Shown in pieces: positions 49,146-63,349 of a stretch of DNA of 64,000 nt (its first letter is position 1; each line of letters opens with the position of its first letter). The position numbers were made by a program, and so were the translations under genes. The notes beneath the pieces were generated by a model that did not search any database, had not been told where the DNA came from, and saw only the letters and a program-made list of their open reading frames with translations. Origin of the DNA: Macrostomum hystrix (lineage: Eukaryota; Animalia; Platyhelminthes). The stretch covers positions 5,642,001 through 5,706,000 of the forward strand of contig CATNEN010000001.1 in the NCBI GenBank assembly GCA_950097015.1. The letters run 5' to 3'.

Positions 49146-51039
49146 CCGCTCTGTGGCAAATGGTGAAACAGAAACTAGTAAGTACAAGATTGTTACAAAT
49201 ACAACTGTACTTAACTTAATACTAAAAAATAAGTATACTTACGCAGACATGGAAACACTCAGCACATGGTTTAGTATCAATTAGAGGATTTTTATTTGAT
49301 TCACTGAAAAATATAAAAGAGCTAGAAGCAATAAATTTTATAGATTAAATAATAGGTTAGAAAACTAAAATATTAAAATTATTTGTACTTTGTACTCTGA
49401 AAGCCTATACCAATAGTATTGCCCCTAAGATCAAGATAGTATTAACCTTATTATTACTCCATTACTCATAATTTCTTTAGTCTAGTATCAAGTCTATATG
49501 TTTCCCAACAGAAATTAAAAACTATTGCTCTCAACTTTTACAAAAGCAACAAATAAAACAGCATTTTTCTATAGTGATATGCAATTAGTAATAATACTAA
49601 AAATACTTATTTTAATGCTGCCAATGCTGATTTATATTTTTAAGGTAACAACAAACAAATATGTGCCATATCAAAGCCATATTTGAGCTTAAAATTGCTT
49701 CTATTCTTGAAACTATGTTAAACAGCTGATTAAATAAACTTTTGACCTGATTCTTTTGCAAAACCATAGCCTTTAAAGTATGTCTTTTATATCCCAGAAG
49801 ATTTTTTTGGCCATTGGTTAGGCACTATTAATTGTGCAAGTGTTCAGAAAGTCAGTTTTATATGTTGCCTTTGCTAATTGAGAGCAATAGTTTTAAATGT
49901 GTCTGAATATCTGTTTGGAAACTGATAGATTAAAAAAGAAAACCTCTGCCCTATCAAGCCCTAAATTGACAGTCAAGCTAATCCTTAGCATAATATCAGC
50001 CTACCTGAAAACAATAACAATTGTTACTTAAAATAGTATCTTGCATTTTTACATTTTACCATAAATCTGCTATTTTTGCATAAATATGTGTAGTATTGAC
50101 TATTGGTTGTTGCTCATATCATAAGCTATAATTTCCTGAATTGTCCATGATTTATTACTGATTATCATTATCACTCTAACTGATCTTGCCCATTTCAGGC
50201 TTGGATTTAGTAGAAGCCATGAGATCAAATAAAGATTGTCAAATAAAGATTGAAAAAAACTTTAGACATGATTGATGATAATATACTAGTGTCTATAGAG
50301 TAAAGTAACAGAAACCATACATACGTAACACCAAGCTGACCCGGCCAAATGAAATGATGGCCAAGCAAGGTAAGTCGCAAAAACCAATTGACCAAGTGCA
50401 AAAAAATCAGAGGGGGGACCAAGGGACAAAAAAGGAAGGAAAAAAAGGAAAAATGGGAGAGAGAAAGAGAGCAAATGAGAGCAAACTAAGTCATAAATAG
50501 AGCAATGAAATGAACTAAGTTGCAAATGAGAGCAAACTAAGTTGTAAATAGAGCAAAAACTAAGTCGCACAGCCAGCTAAGATTTGGGAGGTTGCACATG
50601 TATGACAGAAACAGACTATAGTCAGTCTAAAGATTGAACAAAAATTATATTGCAAATCTATAGCCCATAACAAAAACAAAAACCTTAAGTCAAAATTCAT
50701 GCTACATGTTTATATAACTAATTTAAAACAAAGAAATCAAAAAGATATTGTTGCAAATTATATAAATGTGACTTGCTTTTAAAGTATTAGGTTTAAAGAC
50801 AAAGTGTATAAAAATCTTTATTATTAGGCCCCTAATTAAAGCAAAAAAATGACAGTGCTGCTAAAAAATTTCAATTGACCTATTTTTTTTTATTTAATGT
50901 TTATTCAACTTTCTCCCATAATTGGTGATGAAAAATAGTCAGGTACATTGTTGTACATTGTTGATAACAACTCATCACTATCACTTATGTTACTAGCCTG
51001 TCGTAATGTGAAAAATAAACTATTATTACTATAAAAGTA

Positions 51040-51861
51040 GGAAGTGCTTATTCCCACGATCCTGTGCCAATATTTTCAATTTTATCCACACAGATCCGTG
51101 CTGATAATTTCTGCTTATCCATATGGCAGCTTGTATGAATATAGGTCTACAACTCATATATGCCGTGCTGTTAATTTCAATTTTATCCACACAGATCTGT
51201 GCCGATAATTCTCTGCCTGTCCACATGGCAGCTTGTTTTGCCGATAACTTTAAGAACTTAAAGCACATATTTTACAGGAACTGTGTAGCAATTTTCATGT
51301 ACTATATACAACTGGTCATACATGTTTTCCAGAACCTGCAGTTATTTGTAGTAGGGCGTCTTTTAATTACGAGCAATGCAGACCTTAAATTTTGAATAAT
51401 CGTTAATTTCGAATAATCGTTAATTTCGAATAATCGTTAATTTCGAATAATATGTAACGTTGCTAACAATTGCATATGAAGAATCGCGCTGACATTTTTA
51501 TTGCACACGCGCTTGAAATATGATATGATGCACATGCGCAAATGATAACTACTGACTTGTTACCGTACGAAAATAAGGTTTCAGAAACTCGACGAAAGCA
51601 TGTTAACAAGTGCGAATTCCTCTGCGAATTCCTCTGCTTTCCTCTGCGAATCTTTACAATTGTGTGTCCTTCGGACTTAGGCATTAGATTCTTGAGAGTT
51701 AAAACAGTCTCCCAATGCTTTTGCTGGACAATTTTCTTAGTTGTAGACCTATTCATACAAGCTGGGCCCAATGCCATGAGGATAAGCAGAAAATTATCGG
51801 CACGGATCCGTGTGGATAAAATTGAAATTATCTGCACGGGACCGTGGGAATAAGCTCTGCC
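51040..51861. mobile_element. Non-autonomous Mutator-like (MULE) element, 822 bp
   Basis: ~110-bp imperfect TIRs (51040-51153 and 51739-51861) with GG...CC ends. Perfect 9-bp TSD ATAAAAGTA at 51031-51039 and 51862-51870. Confidence 0.9.
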
Positions 51862-53262
51862 ATAAAAGTAACACAACACTGACTAATTGCTTGAATGTGT
51901 AAATGTTTCAATGAGTTGTTTTGACACACCCCATTAACAGTTTATTTAAAAAACTAAACAAATAAAACTACAGTTATGCAAATATTGAATAGGCCCTAGC
52001 ACCTAATAGTTTACAGTTTCTTAACTCTCTAGACACTCTTGTCTGAATGTCTTGCACACAGATTAACTAGTTACACCTACACTACAGCCAATATAATAGG
52101 CATATGGCCATTGGCCAGGCATGAAATAAATTATAAATTAATAAATTAATATATTAGACCTATTCACAAATTTATACAATACAAGTCTGCACTTGCTTTG
52201 CAGCCTGCAGAGGTAAAATGATCACGTGTTATTAACCACTTCGTCATATTTAGCTGACAAAAACATTTTACTAGGCCTGCCTACCTAGGCAGATGTTTTA
52301 AAATAAAAGGGCGCATTACGATAGCAAAATTTCACGGTGTGCACAAGTGTAACATTGATTCTTTGGTTCAAAAATTTATTACATAATAAATTAAAAAAAA
52401 ATTTTGTTGCTATCCATGTAGGCCTAGTGTAAGTCGCCATTGACATACTCGATTACATGCCCATTCGGGGAAACTACGAGTTTTCTTGCAGTTCAAAATC
52501 GCAAAACGATTTTTACGTCTCACAATATATAAATGAAGATATTGGTGCAGGGTGCAGCAGAAAGGCACAAAACTATACTTGTTTCATTTTAATACGTTAT
52601 CCACTTCCTTTTTTGATTTACTTAGCTTGCAGCGATAATTTTATTCCAATATTCATTTTACGTTAACTGTATTCGGATTCATACTATTTAAATAAGCGCA
52701 TGTACACATTTGGGACTAAGGCATGGAGCTCAGATTATTTATTTCTATAATTGCAATGGTTCTATGATGCACTTTTTTACAGCTTCTGTGATTTCCTCGT
52801 CAATATTTAATGTTTAATAATGAATAATGTTTGAACACACCAAAGCTTACCTGTGCATAAATCAAAACTAAAAAAACGAAATCACGAAATAACTTAACTC
52901 TCTTTTTAATTTTGCAGATGAGTTTTTGTTAAAAGTCTGCGCAAAAAATATACGAATTCCAGAAAATGAAGATCCTTTAAAACCAATATATTTAGTGAAA
53001 CTTCTTCATCGCTGTTAATAAAAGATAAACTTAAAACACAATTAAATTAAGATTCTTTTTTAATAGTCAGGTCCCCAGTTAGCGCTTAATTTTAATTGCT
53101 GATTGCGGCATGGTTAAAAGGAATTATAAAGTTATAGAGTTTTCATTTCTTAAATCAATTTTTAAACTGGTAATGAATGAAAAATCAGCAACGTTTTAAA
53201 AAGTCGGACAAATCCTCCACTAAACTTAACTTGTTTGACCCAAAATCTTACAAAAAATCAGT

Positions 53263-53740
53263 TCAAGCTAGAAGCCTGAAGAACTCCTCGATTTTTTCAA
53301 AGTTCAGTGGCGATAGAGCCACTGCAATAGCACTGATGGTCCCAAGCAGGTGAAACTCATCCCCGTTGTTTTTTTCCAATTCTGCGGCCCAGCTGCAGGG
53401 CTGTGCAGTTAAAAACAGGCTCCCAAACGACCGGGTAGGTGGATATTAAGACCTCATTGTCCAAGAAACCATTAGTATAAAGCTGCAATGTGCCATTATC
53501 GATCGATGCGGCAACGTTCTGCCAAGACTTACTACTGTTCAACCAATTTCTCCTGGATTTGCCATAGAATTTTGGCTCCATGACGGCCGAGTAATAGTAC
53601 CATCGGTTCGCCTCGCCATATATTTCCACAGGTGGGGTCCAGTCAAAAGCGGATAGCGGCAGGTCACGATTCCATGAAAGGCTGGACCCGCGGCTGCCTT
53701 CTCAACCTCATCAGCCAGGTCAACCTAAACCGGTGCCACC
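53263..53740 (-). pseudogene. LamG/concanavalin-A-like domain exon, frameshifted
   Basis: WQNVAASIDNGTLQLYTNG...LQLGRR continues after an A7 run in another frame as NGDEFHLLGTISAIAVALSPLNFEKIEEFF, a LamG-type C-terminus. Could be a homopolymer error. Confidence 0.6.
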
Positions 53741-54736
53741 TGTAATCTGACTGTCGTTGAGCAGAGCAAATGATGAGTGGCAGACATTAATGAAACATTC
53801 TGGCTTGTGTTTCGGCTTTTTATTTAATTAGTTCTACAACAAAAATGATTTGACAAAAACTTCAGTTGTTATTCTGCAAATTAAAACAAAAATAAAAAAC
53901 AAAGGAGAGCACTAACGGGAATTAGAAAGGCAGATGAGTATTTGTTAAATAGGTGCTAGCAAAAAGTACGCGATCGAACAAAAATGCTTCAAGAAAAAGC
54001 AAATAATTATAAGACTTTCTGTCAAAAAACAGATGGTTGATAGAATAATTTTTGACAGATAAAAACTGCGTTCACGGTCCGTCAGATGCCGGAGCATTCA
54101 GCTTGGTAAGCGGTGTGTAACGGCAGGAGGGTGAGAACTTATTAGCGGAAGCTTTTTATATCCTTTGGAAAGAACAGCCCAGGAATGAAGGTTCAATGAA
54201 CCCCATAAAGGTAGAATCTAACTGGAAATTTAAGCTTTGAGATGCGATTCCCACCAGTTTCTACTCTTTTGCTAGTTCGCACTCTTGGTAAGTAAACATT
54301 TAGTCCTAAAGAGGGATTTTGTCCATCTCTCTATATAGACAAACTCTGTTGCTTAGTTGCCTCTCAACTGAAATTTGCAATTACGGAACTATAACATAGC
54401 TCAGAGCCGCTACACTTCAACCTAAACCTTGCGCTTGTCGGGTTTTCCACCGTCTCATTCTCATTTCCACCGACGGCAGTGACTGCCCCTGAGAGGTCGA
54501 CGGTCTCATTGGCCGTAATACTGCTTGTAAGAAACGTGACCGTCGTCGAAACGAGGGTAGCGACAGACGCAGCGAGGTCGATAGATCGAGTGATCGAGTC
54601 AGAACATCTGATATCGCTCCCATATCGGATGCGCGCCTCTTGCCGTTAGTCAAATACCTTATTCGAATACAAAAACGAAGATAAAATTGGAAATTAGTAG
54701 ACCTATGTGGGCTCTATCTTTTCCAGGAAATTACAG

Positions 54737-55815
54737 ATGACCTTTCCAGGACTTGGACGGCTCGTGATGTCGCTACTATTACTGCTGCTGATGGCAATGT
54801 CTCTATCATGCGGCCTGAAAGTTCAATTTCAGTACATCGGCTGCTTTACTGACTTCGTTGGAGGGGTTCGAGATATGGATGGCCTGCTTGACGTCACGCA
54901 GTACGGCAAGTTCGTCAAGGTCGCAAGCAACCCTAACATCATGGACATTCTTCTGACCTGGGAGTCGTGCAGCAGTATCTGCTCCATCGGCGGCTTCGCC
55001 TTCATGGGACTGCAGGCTGGAGTCGGCTGCTACTGCGATAACAAGTACGGAACCCAGGGCCCGTCTGCCGGCTGCTTTTCTCTATGCGCCGGTGATTCGA
55101 CAAAGTACTGCGGCAGCAGCTGCAGAAACTCCGTGTTCGACCTGACCTACCTGGGTGAGGGAGCCCCTATACCTTTCTCACATTCCACATATACGAGTAT
55201 TTCACATTTTTAGGACAATAGTATATTTTCATAGTGTATGATTTGTGTCTGAAATGATCATATTAATGCTTTACACCAGCTCAAATTAGGCTATATTTCA
55301 CAGTCGCAGCTATCGTGCAGTACATATGAAAGCTTGATATGGGCTCAGTCCATGGACTTGGGGGAAGAACACCCACCCCTAATTAACCTAGCTGATGTTG
55401 TTACCGATTTAGCAGGTGGGTAAACTAAAGCAATGCAGAGTTAAGTGTCTTGCTAACGGGCTCTGATTGTTCCAGTGGAGTCGAGAATCGAATCCCTGAC
55501 CTTTACGTTGCAAGTCCGAGTCGTGAGTCTGTGACAAACTGAACATTTTTCCCTGTAGATGACTTGAAACCGACCAGCCGGTTCGTGCAGTCGAGCCGCA
55601 GCGTGATCGAGCCGGCCAGTGCGGCAGTGAGGCTGGCCGGTCCGCTCTACCGAACAGTCGCCGCCCGCAGCCGAATCGTGTGCAGCAGCCTGTGCAGAGC
55701 TGGCTGCCAGGCTGTGCTGTTCAATTCGCAGCAGCGGCTGTGTCACCTGCTGCGTCTGACGGTCATCGCTGGAGACCTCCTCGCTGAACAGGGCCTGTTT
55801 TTCGTTCGCTCGTAG
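54737..55815 (+). CDS. Secreted WSC-domain plus PAN/apple-like protein; exons 54737-55154 and 55559-55815; 224 aa
   Basis: Signal peptide. WSC YIGCFTD...CSSIC...GLQAGVGCYC...CFSLCAGD...CG. Second exon SRIVCSSLCRAGCQAVLFNSQQRLCHL. Confidence 0.88.
55345..55525 (-). mobile_element. CORE-SINE family 1 in the WSC intron
   Basis: Reverse complement contains gattcgattctcgactccactggaacaat...agcaagacacttaac...ccccaagtccatggac. Confidence 0.8.
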
Positions 55816-56389
55816 ATGCTTCACGCAATCTAAGAGACATGACATTTTAAACTACTTACCTGAGATAAAGAAATGAGCATCAGAATATTTTTGCCCTTTT
55901 AAATCTTTAAGCGACTGCTTCAGCTATAGCTCACAACTATTCCCGATGGCTTGGCCCAAAATCGAGGCAAGCTCGGACAAAAAATAATTTTCTGTGCAAA
56001 TCTCACACCCTCTCACGCCGAGAAGCTGCAGAAAAGAACTGACTTTGGTACAAGTTTTTTAGACAAGAGACTTTCTCGAAAAATCCGATTGCTTATGAAT
56101 TGGACGTTAATTGGGCTTCTTTTTTCAAGTGTGGAATCTATTGTCTATGGTTCAAACTGTCTGCGTTCGTTGGACAATGGAACATAAACTCCATTTATAC
56201 GAATGCTTACCCACTGTTTTGTTTACACTCGAGTGCCCTATTGCTATACTTTCTACTCTCTCCCTCTATCTGTTAAACTGATTACTAACATTACTTATCT
56301 CTTCTCTCCCTCGACTCTGATTGGCTTATCAAGAGGTACGAGTGGGCTGAAGGGTGGCTGAAGGGTAAAATGAGTAAAGACGGGCCAGA

Positions 56390-56628
56390 GGGTAAGAGCG
56401 CAGAACTGCATAAAGGACAGTTTTAATCGGTTTTATATAGTGTGCTGTACTAAGGCATTTTCCGCACATGCGATGTCCATTTACACATATACATGGGGGT
56501 GGGGCTGTTAGTTTGTCTTCCAAACAAATGGGACATTCATAGTACTCCGGGATTTGTGTCGCAGTATCGTCTTTTGTCGCCATTTGTTTGCTTGCTGAGT
56601 GTGCTTGATTTTGCTCGAGAGAGTTCAT
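56390..56628 (-). pseudogene. C3HC4 (Sina-like) RING-finger ORF directly downstream of Gypsy pol, with one frameshift
   Basis: CPIC...CVNGHRMCGKC in frame. Final CPLC lies in the adjacent frame at 56419-56408. Confidence 0.75.
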
Positions 56629-56712
56629 GAATAGACGCCTTTTACGACAAGCTTTGAATGGCTGTAGTGCTATTTTTATCCGGGTCACAACACATGAATT
56701 GGTTTTCCGAAT

Positions 56713-58880
56713 TTAACGTGGGCGTATGTTGTGGCCGTGTGTTGTCGGTGGCTTTTCTGTCGTTTGCGTGTCGACATGCTTTGTTGCAAAATGATGGTTT
56801 GTCGACTTCGTATGATCCTTGTTTGTCAGTTCTGGTAGGAAAGTGGTTGCCGTTTGTACTCGCTTAAGTCGGTGCATGTGGACGAAGAATGTGGGTGTCG
56901 GTCCTGTATGTCTGCTAGTCGAACTGTGGTCGGCGACACGATTGTGACCACTCGAAATGGACCCTTGTACTTGTAGGCGTGCTTGTGCGTTCGTTGTGGA
57001 GAGTAGTGTAGATAAACTGCATCTCCAGCATGGACTGGAGCTGTCGGCGACTTTGCCGATGCATTTTGCAATGCTGTCTGATTGTTTAAATTGTGCTTTG
57101 CGATTTTCCACGCTAGGTGCAACCGAGTGACGAATTTTTGTACTGTCGACGGCGTGTCGACGAATGGTGATGGGAGTAGTTGTTGTACTCGGAGGTTAGG
57201 CGGTTGGAAGACACGTCCGAACATGAGGAAGAAGGGTGTGTTGTCCGTTGATATGTGCATTGGACTATTGGATGCGATTGTGACTGCTTGTAAGTAGAGT
57301 GTAAGTAGATTTCTATGAAATCTCTTAACTAAGTTGGCTTTAGGATTGTATTTTGATGTGAAGATTTGTTGGATGTTGAGGATTTTCGCAACCTGTTGGA
57401 ATAGTTGTGCCGTGAATTGTGATTCGTTGTCCGATGTGAGTGTTGTAGGCGTGCCGTACTTACAGATTATCTCGTTGAAGAAGGTCAGAGTGACGGTTTG
57501 CGCCGTGATGTAGGGTATTGGCACGGCAATTCCAATTTCGAGAAGACATCTAGCGCTGTTAGGATGTACGTATACGTGATGCCGTACATTACACTAGGCG
57601 GCAATGGTCCTGTGATATCAAGGCTGAGTGTCTCCATGGTGCTTGACTTGGGTATGGACATGAGGTTCGGCTTGATTCGTCTTCCTGTTTTGGCTGCTGC
57701 GCATGAGTGACAGGTGTTGCAGTAGTTGCTGACATCCGTGAGTATTGTCAGCCAGAAGTAATACTGTTCGATCCTTGCGATTGTCTTCTTGGTCGACAGA
57801 TGTCCTGCTAATGGGTTGTTTTGAAGCTCAATCAGGATTGCTGCTCGGAATGAGAAGGGTATATATTATAGATCTTGGGTTTGCCTGGCATCCAGTAGAG
57901 AGTCTCATTGCGGATGTGCATCTCGTGTTGGTGTCTGTGTCTGAACTTATTTTCCTGTTTTGATAGTTCCTCGATCGAGGTCGTTGTTTGCTCCCTAACT
58001 GCTTGGTAGAACTTGTTCTTTTTTATTTCGTCCACTAGTTCTTGCATTATTGGGATAGGGTGAATGATGTTGACCTCGAACTTTCTAGACAGCTCGTCTG
58101 CTGCTTTGTCGCTGGCACCGGGTTTGTATACCAGGCAGAAGTTGTAATCCTGTATTTCGAGTGTCATTCGAATGAGCCTGTTGTTCGTTTGACCCTTTGT
58201 CGTGACAACATATGTCGGCGGTGCGTGATCTGTTCGCACGATGGTTTGTAGTGGCGATCCGTAGATGTAGTAGCTGTGGAATTGATGGAGTGCGAAGAGT
58301 ACTCCGAGTAGCTCGCGCTCCGTTGCTGACCACTTGGTTTCGTTTGGGCGTAGCGCGTGGCTTATGTATGAAATAGGCTGTTCACTGCCGTGTTTGTTGA
58401 CTTGTAGTAGCACTGCTCCGAGACCTGTTCCGGAGGCGTTGGTCTCAATGATGAATGGTTTGTCAAAATCGGGGTGGTGGAGTAGTGCGTTTGTCGTCAA
58501 TTGTTGTTTAATCGTGTCGAAACTGACCTGTTGTTCCGTTTTCCAGTCTTCGTCCTTCCACTTTGGTTGTTTGAGTAGTTCATTGCGAAGTTCATTGGTT
58601 GAGCAGTATTTGCGAAGTTTGGAAGGAACTTCCTGAAGTATTGTGCTAGTCCTAGGAAGGATTGTAGTTTTGTAGTCGATGTTGGCTTGGGGAACTTTTT
58701 AACTTTCTCCACGTTGTCTGGATCTGGTAAAATGCCTTGTGCTGAGACATGATGTCCTATGTATCGGACTGAGTCCCTGAAGAACTTGCCCTTTGTTGGC
58801 TGTAGTTTGAGTCGTTGTCGCTGTAGAAGGTAGAGTGCCTGTTCCATGGTGTCGTACAACTGCTGAAAGTTCTCTCCGAA
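56713..58880 (-). mobile_element. Degenerate Ty3/Gypsy pol (RT C-terminus, RNase H, integrase)
   Basis: YIGHHVSAQGI, LQSFLGLAQYFRKF, HPDFDKPFIIETNASGTGLGAVLLQ, ERELLGV, VRTDH, integrase Zn finger CNTCHSC, YGTPTTLTSDN, PFFLMFGR, YKGPFRV. Multiple frameshifts. Confidence 0.95.
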
Positions 58881-59294
58881 TGCTCATATTTCTCAAATGC
58901 TCATTAACTGAAAGTGACTCGCACTCATATGGTTGCCAGTCAGAACTTTCTCTTCTTATCTTTGGTTGCTTATCTTTCAGAAAGTTTTTGGTACTCTTGA
59001 TAGGGTCATAGCCTCCCCAGCTGATGCTAAAATAATTTTCGACACGTGTTCTTTATCTGTACAAAATCTGTGACAGTGTACTTCATTTTCTGCTTCTTAA
59101 CTTGTATAGTAGAGACATGATTATGGCACGAACTTTGATCTGTTTATTGTATTATTTACCGACTCAGATTTTATAGGAATCGCCTCTGAAAATTTATAGG
59201 AAATTATTCTTTGTGCAGAGCAGGTATATAAACCAATCTGAACTTGACAATTTGGAATTTGAAATTTGAAACAAAAAATTCTGGAAAAAATGAA

Positions 59295-62200
59295 ACTGAT
59301 AAATGGGAATCTGATCATTGGGAATCGGATAAATGGGAATCTGACAAATGGGAATCTGACAAATTGGGAATCTGATAAATGGGAATCTGATAAATGGGAA
59401 TCTGATCATTGGGAATCTGATAAATGGGAATCTGACAAATTGGGAATCTGATAAATGGAAATCTGATCATTGGGAATCTGATAAATGGGAACCTGATAAA
59501 TGGGAATCTGATAAATGGGAATCTGACAAATGGGAATCTGATAAATGGGAATCTGATCATTGGGAATCTGATAAATGGGAATCTGACAAATTGGGAATCT
59601 GATAAATGGAAATCTGATCATTGGGAATCTGATAAATGGGAACCTGATAAATGGGAATCTGATTATTGGGAATCTGATAAATGGGAACCTGATTATTGGG
59701 AATCTGATAAATGGGAACCTGATTATTGGGAATCTGATAAATGGGAACCTGATTATTGGGAATCTGATAAATGGGAATCTGATAAATGGGAATCTGACAA
59801 ATGGGAATCTGATAAATGGGAATCTGATAAATGTGAATCTGATAAATGGGAATCTGATCATTGGGAATCTGATCATTGGGAATCGGATAAATTGGAATCT
59901 GACAAATGGGAATCTGACAAATTGGGAATCTGATAAATGGAAATCTGATCATTGGGAATCTGATCATTGGGAATCTGATAATTGGGAATATGACAAATTG
60001 GGAATCAGATAAATGGAAATCTGATAAATGGAAATCTGATCATTGGGAATCTGATCATTGGGAATCTGATAAATGGGAATATGACAAATTGGGAATCAGA
60101 TAAATGGGAAAATGACAAATTGGGAACCTGATAAATGGGAATCTGATAAATGGGAATCTGATAAATGGGAATCTGACAAATGGGAATCTGATAAATGGGA
60201 ATCTGATAAATGGGAATCTGATAAATGGGAATCTGATAAATGGAAATCTGATCATTGGGAATCTGATCATTGGGAATCTGATAATTGGGAATCTGATAAA
60301 TGGGAATCTGATAATTGGGAATCTGATAAATGGAAATCTGATCATTGGGAATCTGATAAATGGGAACCTGATAAATGGGAATCTGATAAATGGGAATCTG
60401 ACAAATGGGAATCTGATAAATGGGAATCTGATCATTGGGAATCTGATAAATGGGAATCTGATAAATGGGAATCTGATAAATGGGAATCTGATAAATGGGA
60501 ATCTGATCATTGGGAATCTGATCATTGGGAATCGGATAAATTGGAACCTGACAAATGGGAATCTGACAAATTGGGAATCTGATAAATGGAAATCTGATCA
60601 TTGGGAATCTGATCATTGGGAATCTGATAATTGGGAATATGACAAATTGGGAATCAGATAAATGGAAATCTGATAAATGGAAATCTGATCATTGGGAATC
60701 TGATCATTGGGAATCTGATAAATGGGAATATGACAAATTGGGAATCAGATAAATGGGAATATGACAAATTGGGAACCTGATAAATGGGAATCTGATAAAT
60801 GGGAATCTGATAAATGGGAATCTGACAAATGGGAATCTGATAAATGGGAATCTGATAAATGGGAATCTGATAAATGGGAATCTGATAAATGGAAATCTGA
60901 TCATTGGGAATCTGATCATTGGGAATCTGATAATTGGGAATCTGATAAATGGGAATCTGATAATTGGGAATCTGATAAATGGAAATCTGATCATTGGGAA
61001 TCTGATAAATGGGAATCTGATCATTGGGAATCTGATAAATGGAAACCTGATTATTGGGAATCTGATAAATGGGAACCTGATAAATGGGAATCTGACAAAT
61101 GGGAATCTGATAAATGGGAATCTGATAAATGTGAATCTGATAAATGGGAATCTGATCATTGGGAATCTGATCATTGGGAATCGGATAAATTGGAATCTGA
61201 CAAATGGGAATCTGACAAATTGGGAATCTGATAAATGGAAATCTGATCATTGGGAATCTGATCATTGGGAATCTGATAATTGGGAATATGACAAATTGGG
61301 AATCAGATAAATGGAAATCTGATAAATGGGAATCTGATCATTGGGAATCTGATCATTGGGAATCTGATAAATGGGAATATGACAAATTGGGAATCAGATA
61401 AATGGGAATATGACAAATTGGGAATCAGATAAATGGGAATCTGATCATTGGGAATCTGATAAATGGGAATCTGATAAATGGGAACCTGATAAATGGGAAT
61501 CTGATAAATGGGAATCTGATAAATGGGAATCTGACAAATGGGAATTTGATAAATGGGAATCTGATAAATGGGAATCTGATAAATGGGAATCTGATAAATG
61601 GAAATCTGATCATTGGGAATCTGATCATTGGGAATCTGATAATTGGGAATCTGATAAATGGGAATCTGATAAATGGGAATCTGATCATTGGGAATCAGAT
61701 AAATGGGAATCTGATCATTGGGAATCTGATAAATGGGAATCTGATCATTGGGAATCTGATAAATGGAAATCTGATCATTGGGAATCTGATAAATGGGAAT
61801 CTGATAAATGGGAATCTGATCATTGGGAATCAGATAAATGGGAATCTGATCATTGGGAATCTGATAAATGGGAATCTGATCATTGGGAATCTGATAAATG
61901 GAAATCTGATCATTGGGAATCTGATAAATGGGAATCTGATCATTGGGAATCTGATAAATGGGAATCTGACAAATTGGGAATCAGATAAATGGGAATCTGA
62001 TCATTGGGAATCTGATAAATGGGAATCTGATCATTGGGAATCTGACAAATTGGGAACCTGATAAATGGGAATCTGATAAATGGGAACCTGATCATTGGGA
62101 ATCTGACAAATTGGGAACCTGATAAATGGGAATCTGATCATTGGGAATCTGATAAATGGGAATCTGATCATTGGGAATCTGACAAATTGGGAACCTGATA

Positions 62201-62310
62201 AATGGGAATCTGATCATTGGGAATCTGACAAATTGGGAACCTGATAAATGGGAATCTGATCATTGGGAATCTGACAAATTGGGAACCTGATAAGTGGGAA
62301 TCTGATAAAT
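59295..62310. repeat. 15-bp satellite (GGGAATCTGATAAAT), ~200 copies, with 649-bp higher-order repeat
   Basis: Seen directly. Matching variant blocks start at 60112, 60761 and 61410. Confidence 0.97.
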
Positions 62311-63349
62311 CGATCGGCCTGATAAATGGAATCAACAGGAATCTGATGTGAGCATGGTGGGAATCATAGTAGCTGGAATAACAGATCAGAAATAATAATA
62401 ATAAAAGTAACAGGAGGCATTGTAGTCTGAGATTGTGAGTGACAAGTAAAAAAAATTCAGAAATTTTTAGTGTCAAAAATTGCAATGTCTATAAGAGATT
62501 ATTTCGCCGTCTTATTTTCTAATAGTTTCAATTTGTTAAAAAGGCCGATCGCTTTAATTTGATTCGAGGAAGCGTGACATGGCAGATGGATATATTTTGA
62601 AATTTGATTTTAATGCTCATTTAACAAGCTCAATGTAAAGAAAATCAATTTTCTATTCTTCAGCTTACGACACTTAATCAGAGGAATTTTCAACGGGGGA
62701 ATTTTCAGCCTGCTATGGTATGGCCCTGCGAAATCAACTCCGTGCCGAGATAGTGGCAGTAAAACAAAATGCGCGTTTTCGCATCTCCAATTTTCTCGCT
62801 ATCTAAGTCTCAAGCTGCGTCACTTGCTCACTGTTGGAATTTTAATGCAGCGTTCAACAGAGAAAGAGAGAGTAGGTGAATGCAGATGCGAAATTAAGAT
62901 AGGATTTGACGATTTTTCAATCAGTTTTTTACCCTCGCCTTTTCTCTTTGTTGTCCCTATTGTTGTAGCTAGGCTGCCTAACTGCCTCCTCAAAAATTCC
63001 CAACGACACACTAGCAGCAGCTGCGCCTTGCCCTTGGCAACCGGACTGAGCGCAGAATCGCAGCGTTTTGTTGCTGGTGACAACAAACAGAAGGCGATAA
63101 TGGTGGGGGGTTGGAGGTGGGGCGTTGGGGTAGCCATCGCGAATCTGAGATTTAATAGAAAAACGGCGTCGTGCGCTAAACGCCTTCGAGGGACAGACAG
63201 TTAAGAACATCGACAGTTCTTTTTCGGATTCCAGTAAGTGTCTCAATTCATTGTTGCGTTTTATTAACCGACACACACATGGTCTCTGGTTAAACAATTA
63301 GTTAGTTAATTAGTGCTAGTGTAGTCAATGCAACACTGGGTTGTTATTG

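Noticed and set aside
59266-62485. WESDK, IRFPF and QIPIY repeat ORFs
   Set aside because: By-product of a 15-bp satellite; frames are broken by 16-bp units.
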